A stretch of DNA of 64,000 nucleotides, from positions 384,001 to 448,000 of the forward strand of contig CAWHAA010000004.1 in assembly GCA_963827275.1 (NCBI GenBank), given 5' to 3'. Numbering within the stretch: position 1 is the stretch's first letter; each line of letters begins with the position of its first letter. Below, one piece after another: positions 10,922-20,334 of this stretch. This stretch comes from an uncultured Spirochaetota bacterium (lineage in GTDB: Bacteria > Spirochaetota > UBA4802 > UBA5550). The notes below the pieces were generated by a model. The model was not told the origin of the DNA, ran no database searches, and was given only the letters and a program-made list of their open reading frames with translations. The position numbers and the translations under genes are program-made.

Positions 10922-11396
10922 ATGAAAAAACTATTCCTTTCTCTCCCGTTACTCGCTCTCGTCATCACGGCCGCGGGATGTTCCCGCGACCGGGCGCCAG
11001 CGAGCTTTGACGGCGTGTTCGAAAAGCTCATCGCGGCCAGGAATTTCGGAGAGGCGAAGGGCTTTTATACCGGCGGCACCATCGACGCCATTAATCGACG
11101 CCGTCAGCGACGGCGTCATCGCGGAAAAGGACCGGCTGCGTATACTGCCGCTTTTCAATGAGAAGACGAGATGGGAAGAGTTGTCAAGGAAATCGGACGG
11201 GTCGAAAGGGGAGATCAGGCTCCGCTACACCGAGCACCCGGTGGAGAACAGGACCGGGCAGGAGATGGTGTTCCGTATGGAAAAAGAGGGCGGCTCATGG
11301 AAAATCGACCTTGAGGATGAGATCCGGCAGGCCCTGAAGGGCCGTGAAAAGGGCAGCGCCGTGGATTATATAAAGCGCATTACCAGGAAATATTAA
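10922..11396 (+). CDS. Putative lipoprotein (DUF4878/NTF2-like); frameshift near 11095
   Basis: Lipobox AAGC; C-terminal MEKEGGSWKID; two overlapping ORFs. Confidence 0.6.
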
Positions 11397-11975
11397 TACA
11401 TCGAGATTGCGAGGTTGAGGATGATCTCTTCCATGAGCTCTTTCGCTTCCTCGTCATCGGGAAATCGCTCGATGAAATTGAGGCATGATATGTACGCCAT
11501 GTACAGGGCGCCTGTTTCGATGTAGAGGTTTATCAGGTTGAAATGGATCTCCTCGATGTCCTGGCTTGACCTCGAGGGACCTGCTATAGTGGTAGATTGC
11601 CTGCTCGGGCTCCCCCATTTCCCAGCATACCCCGGCAAGGTTGGCAAGGGTGACCGCGTCATTCGGGTTCAGTCGTATGGACCGTTCGAGGACCTGTTTT
11701 GATTTTTTGAATTTTCCCAGCTCGCACAGGGTGATGCCGAGGCCGTTCAGGATGTCGGGATCGCTGCTGTCGAGCATGGCCCCGATGCTGAACAGCCTGA
11801 GGGCCTTGTCGTAATCGCCCATCTCGACATATTCGTAGCCGGTATCGATGAGAAGGGACGGGTTCTCTTTCAGTTCGATGAGGTCTTCCATCCCGATCTG
11901 CATCTCCCTCAGGATAAGGGAGTTGATCTTCTTCTGGGCCCGCTGGCTCGTTCTTTGTTTCTCGGTAATGGTCAT
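11393..11975 (-). CDS. TPR-repeat protein; frameshift near 11567
   Basis: LNGLGITLCELG and LANLAGVCWEMG TPR patterns; continues in ORF 11393-11662. Confidence 0.75.
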
Positions 11976-12319
11976 TGCGTTATGTCTAATAGACGTATTT
12001 TGACACTATTGGCGGAGATGCTTTATGTCAATAAAAAATATAAATTTTAATTAATCGCGCCCTCCGGGGCGCGGCTGGCGGGCACGGGCTTCCCGCCCGG
12101 GCCGTCCTCCGGGCCCGCGCCGATGGTATGAAAAAACTACTTGACTGTTTCCCGGTATTATTTCTTATTGAAAAATTCTGGTACAAAACCGGAACATGTT
12201 CGTCCGGTCTCCGGTTGATTGAGAAGGGATGATTGCGGCACATCCGGGTAACGGGTGCCCGCCGAAAAACGTTCACTGCAACATGTTCGTCACACAGTAA
12301 TACACCAAGGAGTTATCGA

Positions 12320-12601
12320 ATGTCAAAAGAGAAGATATTTTGCGCCAATTGCCAGTACTGCATCGTCATACGGCAGTACGAATCCGAACCGGACCGCTAT
12401 GTTCTCAGGGTCAAATGCCTCAAGAAAAAATGGGTGAAGCGTTCCGGCGAGGAAAAGCTCTACAAGTTTTTTACCGTGGCGCGCAGGATTATGGACGATT
12501 GCGAATATTACACGGAATCAGGCGAGCTGTTCCCGTACATCAAAAATTTAAGGAAAGAACTCCCCATTAAGGATGAGATATACTCCACCAAGGATGTATA
12601 A
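12320..12601 (+). CDS. Small Cys-rich hypothetical protein (CxxCxxC...C...C)
   Basis: AGGAG RBS; CANCQYC, VKC, DDC; ends 2 nt before rnfC. Confidence 0.7.
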   Translation: MSKEKIFCANCQYCIVIRQYESEPDRYVLRVKCLKKKWVKRSGEEKLYKFFTVARRIMDDCEYYTESGELFPYIKNLRKELPIKDEIYSTKDV

Positions 12602-12603
12602 GA

Positions 12604-13933
12604 ATGTTTTCACGCTTTGGCGGAGGGATCCATCCGCCCGAACATAAAAGCATTACTGAAGAACTGAAATTTGTAAATCTTCCTATACCCCATACCTGTT
12701 ATATCCCGCTCCAGCAGCATGTCGGAGCGCCCGCGAAGCTGGCCGTGAACGTCGGCGACCTCGTGACCGAGGGCCAGCTTATCGGACGCGCCGACGGGCT
12801 GATCAGCGCAAATGTCCATTCGTCGATACCCGGGAAAGTGGCCGCCATCGCCACGGTCCGACACGGTGTACGGGCCGCAGGAGTCCGTTGTCATCGAGGC
12901 CGAGGGATCGTTTTCCTCATCGGCCATGCCCCCGGCGACCTGCGACTGGACGGCCCTCTCCCGCGACGGAATACTCGGTAAAATCCGGGAGGCCGGCGTC
13001 GTGGGCCTCGGCGGCGCCGCGTTCCCCGCGGCGGTAAAGCTCTCGCCCCCGCCCGGGAAGAACGTCGACACCCTCATCGTCAACGGGGCGGAGTGCGAGC
13101 CGTACCTCACTGTTGACGACATGCTGATGAAGACATTCCCCGACGCCGTTATCGAGGGGACGCGGATTGCGATGAAGGCCCTGGGCGTCACGCGGGCCGT
13201 GATCGGCGTGGAGGACAACAAGAAGGCCGCCATCGCCGCGCTGAAAAAGGCGGCTGAAGCCGTGCGCCCCCCGGAGAGCGTCGCGGTCCGGAAATTGAGG
13301 ACGCGATACCCGCAGGGCGCGGAAAAACAGATGATATACAGCCTGCTGCGCAGAACGGTGCCCTCCGGCGGCCTGCCGATGGACGCGGGCGTTGTCGTGC
13401 ACAATGCCGGGACCATCTGCGCCGTTCGGGAAGCGGTCCTGTACGACCGCCCCCTCTATACGCGGTACATCACGGTCGCGGGGAACGCCATCGCGAGGCC
13501 CGGTAACTACAAGGTGCGCATCGGCATGAGGATCGCCGACATCGTGGAGGAGTGCGGGGGCTTCAGGGAGCGGCCGGCGAGGATCATCATGGGGGGACCG
13601 CTGTGCGGCCAGAGCGTCCACTCGCTCGACTTCCCGGTGGTGAAGGGCACCTCGGGGCTGCTCTTCCTTGCCGGCAAGGACGTGGCGGCCAGCGACTATT
13701 CCTCCTGCATACGGTGCGGGAAGTGCGTATCGGCCTGCCCCGCCGGGCTCCTGCCCTGCGACCTCGGCACGGCCGTGGAAAAGGGGAGGTTCGACCTCGC
13801 CCGCGGCCTGAACCCGCTCGATTGCATCATGTGCGGCTCGTGCAGCTATGTCTGCCCGGCGCGGAGGCCGCTCAGCCATTATATAAAGCTGGCCCAGCAG
13901 CATGTCAGGGCCGGGCAGCAAGCGGGGCGGTGA
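12604..13933 (+). CDS. rnfC: Rnf complex subunit C; frameshift near 12858
   Basis: GGIHP, QHVGAPA, GLGGAAFP, NGAECEPY, two CxxCxxCxxxCP ferredoxin motifs. Confidence 0.92.
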
Positions 13934-13934
13934 T

Positions 13935-15029
13935 ATGGCCATAACAGAAAATAAAAAAGAGATGCTCCTGGTGTCCCATCCGCCCCATGTCAGGTCCGGC
14001 GAGTCCGTTGCGAAGATCATGTGGTCGGTGGTGGTCGCACTGGCGCCGGCGGCCGCTTTTTCAGTGTACCTGTTCGGATTGCGCGCCGCCATGCTGATCG
14101 GCACGGCGATCATCGCCGCGGTCGCCGCGGAGGCGGCGGTCCGGGCGGTATTGAGGAAGCCTGTCACCGTGCAGGACGGGTCCGCGGTCGTTACGGGGCT
14201 CCTCCTGGGGATGAATGTCCCGCCGCAGGCTCCCTGGTGGATCGTCGCCATCGGTTCGGCCTTTGCCATTATCATCGTCAAGCAGCTCTTCGGCGGGCTC
14301 GGCTTCAATATCTTCAATCCGGCGCTGGCGGCGCGCGCCTTTCTCGTGGCGTCCTGGCCGGTGCATATGACGCTGGGGTGGCACCGGTTCGGCGGGACGA
14401 ACATCCTGTCGCCGACCGTGCCGAACCCGGGGCTCCCCCCCGCAGCGTTCGACGCCCTGACCGGCGCGACGCCGCTCGCGCTGCTCAGGGAGGGTCCGCG
14501 GATCCTGGCGGACAGCCATATCGATCCGTCGCGGGTCTACGACCTGTTCCATTCGCCGGACATGCTCCTTTCCCTGTTCATCGGCAACAGGGGCGGGTGC
14601 ATCGGCGAGACGTCAGTGCTCCTTCTTCTGGCAGGCGCGCTCTTCCTTTTTGTCCGGAAAATCATCACCTGGCACACGCCGGTCTCTTTTATCGGTACGG
14701 TGGCCGCGGCGGCCGCGCTCCACGCCTGGCTGACGGGGTCTCCCGCGCCGCACGTGACGGCGCTCTATCACGTCCTGTCCGGCGGCCTTATCCTGGGCGC
14801 GTGCTTCATGGCGACGGACATGGTCACCTCGCCGGTTTCAGCGAAGGGCATGCTCCTCTTCGGCGCCGGGTGCGGCCTTATAACCTTCGTCATCAGGACC
14901 TGGGGCGGTTACCCTGAAGGCGTGTCCTACTCGATACTCATCATGAACGCCTTCGTGCCCCTCATCGACCGGTTCATGAAGCCGAAGGTCTTCGGCGCGG
15001 CCCGGAGGGCAAAGGGGAAAGCCGCATGA
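13935..15029 (+). CDS. rnfD: Rnf complex subunit D
   Basis: KQLFGGLGFNIFNPAL, TGATPL (FMN-Thr), GCIGETS, FMATD, YPEGV. Confidence 0.93.
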   Translation: MAITENKKEMLLVSHPPHVRSGESVAKIMWSVVVALAPAAAFSVYLFGLRAAMLIGTAIIAAVAAEAAVRAVLRKPVTVQDGSAVVTGLLLGMNVPPQAPWWIVAIGSAFAIIIVKQLFGGLGFNIFNPALAARAFLVASWPVHMTLGWHRFGGTNILSPTVPNPGLPPAAFDALTGATPLALLREGPRILADSHIDPSRVYDLFHSPDMLLSLFIGNRGGCIGETSVLLLLAGALFLFVRKIITWHTPVSFIGTVAAAAALHAWLTGSPAPHVTALYHVLSGGLILGACFMATDMVTSPVSAKGMLLFGAGCGLITFVIRTWGGYPEGVSYSILIMNAFVPLIDRFMKPKVFGAARRAKGKAA

Positions 15030-15736
15030 AGCTGACGACCGACATCCTGAGGCCGACACTCATCCTTACGGCAATCACCCTGGTATGCGTCCTGCTCCTG
15101 TCCCATGTGCACCGGCTGGCGGGCCCGGTCATTATCAAGCGCGCACGCGAAAAGCAGGAAGCGGCCCTCGCCCTGGTGCTCCCCGGGTTCACCGTGCTGG
15201 GGCCCCGGAAAGCGGTCGTCGACGGTGCTGCATTCACCTACTGGGAGGCGGAAAAGACCGCGGACAACGGCACCGTGCGGGGCTACGCCTTTATCGCAAA
15301 GGGCACCGGCTACGGCGGCGACATCGACATGATGGCGGGCGTGGAGGAAAACGGGAAGGTCCTGGGCCTGTCGGTCATCGGCCAGTCGGAGACGCCGGGC
15401 CTCGGCGACCGCTGCGTCGAGGTGGCGGACCGTGAGACCCTGTGGGACCATCTCCGGGGCGGCGTCCCGGAGCGGGATTTCAGCGATGAGACCCGGATCC
15501 CCTGGTTCCTGAACCAGTTCAAGGGGCTGGACGCTAATTCGGCGATACGGGTAGAGAAGCGCGGCGACTGGTCCCCCGCGATGCGGGACGACCTTCTCGA
15601 AATGAACGCGATATCGGCCCTGACCGGGGCCACCATAACCTCTGCCGCAGTGGTGCAGGGACTTGAAGCGGGCATGAGCCGGCTTAAAAAAGCGCGGGAG
15701 ACGGCCGCGCCTGATGCTACCGGAGGGGCGCGATGA
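15026..15736 (+). CDS. rnfG: Rnf complex subunit G
   Basis: GYGGDI, SETPGLG, LTGATITS FMN-binding motif. Confidence 0.9.
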   Translation: MKLTTDILRPTLILTAITLVCVLLLSHVHRLAGPVIIKRAREKQEAALALVLPGFTVLGPRKAVVDGAAFTYWEAEKTADNGTVRGYAFIAKGTGYGGDIDMMAGVEENGKVLGLSVIGQSETPGLGDRCVEVADRETLWDHLRGGVPERDFSDETRIPWFLNQFKGLDANSAIRVEKRGDWSPAMRDDLLEMNAISALTGATITSAAVVQGLEAGMSRLKKARETAAPDATGGAR

Positions 15737-16330
15737 GGTACTGGAAGGAATTCGCCAAGGGCCTGTGGGAGCGGAACCCGCAGCTCGTGCTCGGCCTCGC
15801 TTTCTGCCCGACCCTGGCGGTGTCCGTGTCGGTGTCGAATGCGCTCTGGATGACGCTCGCCGCCACCTTCGTGCTCGTCTGCTCGAACCTGCTCGTCTCA
15901 TCGATCCGCACCATTGTCCCCGCGCACCTGCGCATCCCCATCTTCATCACCATAATCGCGGCCTTCGTGACCGTGGTCGACCTCCTCCTGGAGGCCTACC
16001 AGCCGGAGGTGTACCGCTCGCTCGGCATATTCATTCCCCTGATCGTGGTGAACTGCATCATCCTGGGGCGGGCCGAGGAGTTCGCTCAGAAGAACGGCAT
16101 GCTGGTATCGGTGCTTGACGGGCTCGGCATGGGACTCGGCTTCGGGCTGACCCTCACCGTGCTTTCCACGGTACGGGAGGTGCTCGGCGCGAACAAGCTG
16201 TTCGGCTACACCCTGGTCCCCGGCATGGAGCCCGCCCTCGGCGATGGCCCTGGCGCCCGGGGCGTTTTTCACCCTCGCCTTCATGCTCTGGGCGATGAAC
16301 GCGATCAATTCACGGAAGAAGGGGAGGTAG
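15733..16330 (+). CDS. rnfE: Rnf complex subunit E; frameshift near 16240
   Basis: CPTLAV, LRIP, FIPLIVVNCIILGRAE. Confidence 0.9.
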
Positions 16331-16333
16331 GGC

Positions 16334-16939
16334 ATGGAGATCAGGGCCTTCGTAACGATACTCCTCAGCACGATATTCATCAACAACTACGTGCTCTCGC
16401 GGATGCTCGGGCTCTGCCCTTTCCTGGGCGTATCGAAGAAGCTTGATTCGGCGCTCGGCATGGGGCTGGCGGTCATTTTCGTAATGACCCTGACGTCGTT
16501 CATAACCTATCCGGTATACAAATACCTGCTGGCGCCCAACGGCATTGCCTACCTGACGACAATCGTCTTTATCCTGGTCATTGCCGCGCTGGTGCAGTTC
16601 GTGGAGATGGTGGTCAAAAAGGTATCGCCGGCGCTCTACCAGTCGCTGGGGATATTCCTCCCCCTCATCACCACCAACTGCGCGGTCCTCGGCGTCGCGG
16701 TGCTTAACATCAGGTCGGGCTTCATGGACCCCGGCGCGGGCCTCGGACTTTTAAAAAGCGTCGTGCAGGGATTCGGCGGCGGCGTGGGATTTACCCTGGC
16801 CCTTGTCATCATGGCGGGGATACGCGAGCGGCTGGAGGTCGCCGAGATCCCGGAGAACCTGAAGGGCGCTCCCATCACCTTTATCGTTGCGGGGCTGCTC
16901 GCGCTGGCGTTCTACGGCTTTTCGGGGATGAAGATATAG
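16334..16939 (+). CDS. rnfA: Rnf complex subunit A
   Basis: LGLCPFLGVSKK, FLPLITTNCAVLG, AGIRER. Confidence 0.93.
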   Translation: MEIRAFVTILLSTIFINNYVLSRMLGLCPFLGVSKKLDSALGMGLAVIFVMTLTSFITYPVYKYLLAPNGIAYLTTIVFILVIAALVQFVEMVVKKVSPALYQSLGIFLPLITTNCAVLGVAVLNIRSGFMDPGAGLGLLKSVVQGFGGGVGFTLALVIMAGIRERLEVAEIPENLKGAPITFIVAGLLALAFYGFSGMKI

Positions 16940-16994
16940 GCCCTTCAGGGTTCAACCTGTCTCCCCGGGCGGACTTTATGCAAATTTGATAAGA

Positions 16995-17485
16995 CCCCCC
17001 TATCCCCCGCCGGGGGCACGTATGAGAGGGTTTATTCTAAGGGTATATGAATAACGGCATTAAAACATCCGACTATGTTGTTCAATTGGCGAGTGTCATG
17101 CGTAATAATTTAACAGCAAGTGAAAAATTATTATAGCACAGTTTGAAGAATAAACAGGTTGAGGGATACATTTTCATATGCCTGCATCCACTATATCGCT
17201 ATAGCCTTGATTTTTATTATGATGACAAACACCTGGCGATTGAGTTGGATGGAAATGTCCATATAGAAAGATTAGACTACGATGAATACCGTGATGATTT
17301 TATGAGAATTCTTGGGATAAAAACATTGCGATTTGACAATGATGATATAATGAATAATATTGATTCAGTTCTCGATAAGATAAAGAGGGAATTATCAGAA
17401 AAAGCATGATCCCGCGTGCCCCCTTCGGGGGACAGGGGGGATTTAATATGAATTTGTCGTGCCCCCTCAGGGGGACAGGGGGATC
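16995..17485. mobile_element. AT-rich DUF559 cassette bounded by inverted G/C-rich hairpin repeats
   Basis: Left CCCCCCTATCCCCCGCCGGGGGCACG (16995-17020) is the reverse complement of right CGTGCCCCCTTCGGGGGACAGGGGGG (17415-17440) and of a second right copy (17458-17482). Confidence 0.6.
17047..17409 (+). pseudogene. DUF559 (Vsr-like endonuclease) pseudogene
   Basis: MRNNLTASEKLL*HSLKNKQ..DFY..LAIELDG..H..RD..LRF; TAG at 17134-17136 replaces the conserved Trp. Confidence 0.8.
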
Positions 17486-17492
17486 AGGCAAT

Positions 17493-18131
17493 ATGGAAAT
17501 TACAAAACCGACAGTAACGCTCCTGGCGATAACGCCGGGCGCGGAGAGGCTTATCGAGGAAGCGGGCCGGACCTGCTACCTCTCGCTTGACCGCATCGCC
17601 GAGGGGAGCGAACGGAGCTTTATCCGGAACTGCATCAAGCGCGGCCACCATTCCATACTGGAGCACGCGTCCGCTTCGTTCCGCATCACCGGCGCATCGC
17701 GGGCTTTCACCCACCAGCTGGTGCGGCACCGCCTGGCGAGTTTTTCACAGCAGTCCCAGCGCTACGTGGACGAGGCCGGGTTCAATTACATCATCCCCGC
17801 CGCCGTCCTTGAGGACGAAGGGGCGGCAGCGGTCTTTCGCGACGCCATGGCACGGGCGGAAGAAGCGTACCGCGCCCTCAGGGAGCGCGGGATCAGGAAG
17901 GAGGACGCGCGCTTCGTGCTCCCCAACGCGTCGGAAAGCCAGATCGTGTTCTCCGCCAATTTCCGGGAGCTCAGGATGATATTCAGCCTGCGCCTCGCCC
18001 GCGGCGCACAGTGGGAGATCCGCAGGGTGTGCGCGGAGATGCTGAAGATTTTGCAGAATGAGGCCCCGGCGGTGTTCGGGGATTTCGTCCTTGACGAAGG
18101 CTCGATGACCGCGCAGTCGGACCTGGTGTAA
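17493..18131 (+). CDS. thyX: FAD-dependent thymidylate synthase ThyX
   Basis: HHSILEH, HQLVRHR..SFSQQSQRY, AQWEIR. Confidence 0.95.
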   Translation: MEITKPTVTLLAITPGAERLIEEAGRTCYLSLDRIAEGSERSFIRNCIKRGHHSILEHASASFRITGASRAFTHQLVRHRLASFSQQSQRYVDEAGFNYIIPAAVLEDEGAAAVFRDAMARAEEAYRALRERGIRKEDARFVLPNASESQIVFSANFRELRMIFSLRLARGAQWEIRRVCAEMLKILQNEAPAVFGDFVLDEGSMTAQSDLV

Positions 18132-18137
18132 ATAGCA

Positions 18138-18311
18138 CCGATAGTTATCGGTAGTCAGAGCGATAGTTATCGGTAGCACCGGGGGTCAGAGTAAAATTTA
18201 GAGTGTGAGAACCTGCCATAATTTGTATATTTGTACAAGAATACAAAAATACCGGGGGTCAGAGTAACGTTAAGACCGATAGTTATCGGCAGTCGCGCCG
18301 ATAGTTATCGG
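18138..18311. repeat. Cluster of REP-like repeats: 4x CCGATAGTTATCGG and 2x ACCGGGGGTCAGAGTAA
   Basis: Palindromes at 18138, 18161, 18276, 18298; GGGGTCAGAGTAA units at 18178 and 18251. Confidence 0.85.
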
Positions 18312-18346
18312 CTAAGCAGGCTGGGCCGGAAACCGAGAAGGAGTGA

Positions 18347-18814
18347 TTATTTCAGGGCCACGTTCATTTCAAGCTGCCCCATGGGGCTGTAGAGGTTGAT
18401 CCCCAGCGTCGTCTGCTTGATCAGCGTGATGGTGAAGTCTTTTCCCACGACCACGGTGGGAGTGGTCATGTTGATGCGCTTGCCGGTGGTGGCGAAGAGG
18501 TTCATGGCGTTGCCGGTGATCATGTTCGCCATTTCACCGATGATGTCCTTGTATTCCTGCTGCACCTGGTCCTCGGTAAGTCCGGGCACCAGCGCCTGGG
18601 CGATTTTGTACACCATGTTGAATCCCATGCTGTACACGACCTCGCCGGTAACGCCGCCGGTTATGCCGATCAGGATGGCCACGTCGAGGGAAGGGATGGG
18701 GCTGTCCTTGATTACGAGCTTTCCGCGTCTCAGGTCAACATTGAGGATCGACTTGAATACGGCGCTCGCCGCCTCGAGAAACGGATTTACGAATTCGGCA
18801 TTGATGTTCGGCAT
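18347..18814 (-). CDS. cheX: Chemotaxis phosphatase CheX
   Basis: VNPFLEAA, IGITG, GEMANMITGNA (ExxN), TPTVVVG. Confidence 0.9.
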   Translation of the reverse strand: MPNINAEFVNPFLEAASAVFKSILNVDLRRGKLVIKDSPIPSLDVAILIGITGGVTGEVVYSMGFNMVYKIAQALVPGLTEDQVQQEYKDIIGEMANMITGNAMNLFATTGKRINMTTPTVVVGKDFTITLIKQTTLGINLYSPMGQLEMNVALK

Positions 18815-18875
18815 ATAATGGCTCAACCCCTACAGGATCTTATGGTGCAAAGATTAGCAAACCGCCTGATATATA

Positions 18876-20012
18876 TCAATCAGTTTTTAAATTTTTTATT
18901 ATTTTTGAATTTTCGTACAATTTTTGCATCATGTTGGACGAGAGCATCCTGATGCCTTCCTGCTCGAGCCTCGATGCCATGGCCGCCCGGTCCTTCTCCC
19001 GTCCGGGCTGCGCTTCTTTCCTGATGTCCTTGAGCACCGGCGTGTAGATGTAGAGGCCGGAGTCGGCGCTTATGACCCGTGACGACCTGTTTTCGGCAAG
19101 CTGGATGAATTCCTCGAGGAACAGCCTGGAGGAATTGATGCTGGAAATCGGCTGGCCCCTGTCGTCGGTTATGTTCTCCCCGGCCTTGAATATCCTGGAC
19201 ATGGCCACGTTCCCTTTCAATACCGCCTGGGCCTCGTCGAACGATCCGCCCTTCAGCGCGATGGCGTTGATTCTGTCGACGATCTCTTTTTTCAGGCGGG
19301 CCATTTTCGATGTCTCGAGCTTTTTCCGTATGCGCTCGCGGTCCGTTGTCGGGTCCTTTATCTCTTTCTTGTTTTTTTCGATTTCAGCGGACACCTCGGC
19401 GTCGGTCACCCGCGCCTGTTCGCCGAGCATCGCCTGCAGGGCCATCGTGCTCAGGAAGGCGTACTTGATCTGCGCCCGCGAGCTGTCCGCCGCCATCTCC
19501 GCAGTGACTTCGTCAGACGGGACCGCGAGGCCCATTCTCAGGAACTGGAAATAACGCTCCCGGAGGAGGTCTTTCCTGATTGTCTTCTGGAAATCGTTGA
19601 AGCTGAAGTTGGTCCGCTCCAGGAAATAGTTCAGCCGCTCGGCGTCCAGCGCGCCGGTTGACTGGTCGCGCAGGCCCGGTATGTTGAGGATGTATTCCTT
19701 GACCGCCTCGTCCGACACGTAAAAGCCGGTCTTGCGCGCCTCTTGAAGGAGCAGGACGTCGTTGATGTAGTAGTTGAGGATCATCTCGTCCATCTTGCCG
19801 TCGCCGCGCATGTCGCCGAACCTGCTGTCGCGGTAGCGAAGGTAATCGTACCGGTCGACCTTCTCCCCGTTAACGATCGCGATGACGCTCTGGTCGAGCC
19901 CCATGCGGGAGATGAAATCGGGCATCCCGAAGGATATGACGATGATGAGGACGAAAAAGCCGGTTATGGCGTAGCTGACTATCTTTACCACCGGTGACTT
20001 TGAATCAAACAT
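18876..20012 (-). CDS. SurA N-terminal domain / PpiD-like periplasmic chaperone
   Basis: N-terminal TM, IAIVNGEKV, LLLQEA..G..VSDE. Confidence 0.75.
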   Translation of the reverse strand: MFDSKSPVVKIVSYAITGFFVLIIVISFGMPDFISRMGLDQSVIAIVNGEKVDRYDYLRYRDSRFGDMRGDGKMDEMILNYYINDVLLLQEARKTGFYVSDEAVKEYILNIPGLRDQSTGALDAERLNYFLERTNFSFNDFQKTIRKDLLRERYFQFLRMGLAVPSDEVTAEMAADSSRAQIKYAFLSTMALQAMLGEQARVTDAEVSAEIEKNKKEIKDPTTDRERIRKKLETSKMARLKKEIVDRINAIALKGGSFDEAQAVLKGNVAMSRIFKAGENITDDRGQPISSINSSRLFLEEFIQLAENRSSRVISADSGLYIYTPVLKDIRKEAQPGREKDRAAMASRLEQEGIRMLSSNMMQKLYENSKIIKNLKTD

Positions 20013-20080
20013 GGCTGTCTTCCTGTTCTGTCTTTTTTTATATATCTTTTTTCGCGGGGGAATTTGTCAACGAGATTAAT

Positions 20081-20251
20081 CTATTCTTTCGGGGCCTCGG
20101 CCTCATCCACGAGCATGACCGGGATGCCGTCCTTCACCGGGTAGCGGCGGCCGCACTCCGTGCAGACGATCTTCTCTTCCTTTGTATTGTACTCGACGTC
20201 CCCGCGGCATGCCGGGCAGGCGAGAATCTCAAGGAGCTTGGTGTCTATCAT
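20081..20251 (-). CDS. Trm112/YcaR family small protein (56 aa, absent from the ORF track)
   Basis: MIDTKLLEILACPACRG...CTECGRRYPVKDGIPVMLVDEA; GAGG RBS. Confidence 0.9.
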   Translation of the reverse strand: MIDTKLLEILACPACRGDVEYNTKEEKIVCTECGRRYPVKDGIPVMLVDEAEAPKE

Positions 20252-20334
20252 ACGATACCTCGTTTTCTGGGTGTGGCACGGTTATGGAGGGGAAAAGGAT
20301 TTCCGTCAATAAAAAAATAAGCCTGAGGGGAGGG

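Noticed and set aside
12917..14404. Long antisense ORFs (also 38395-40038, 56971-58443, 46311-47723, 59264-60556)
   Set aside because: Shadow ORFs opposite well-supported genes, expected in high-GC DNA
18138..18311. CRISPR array
   Set aside because: Repeats are only 14-17 nt with irregular spacing, they are dispersed at other loci, and there are no cas genes
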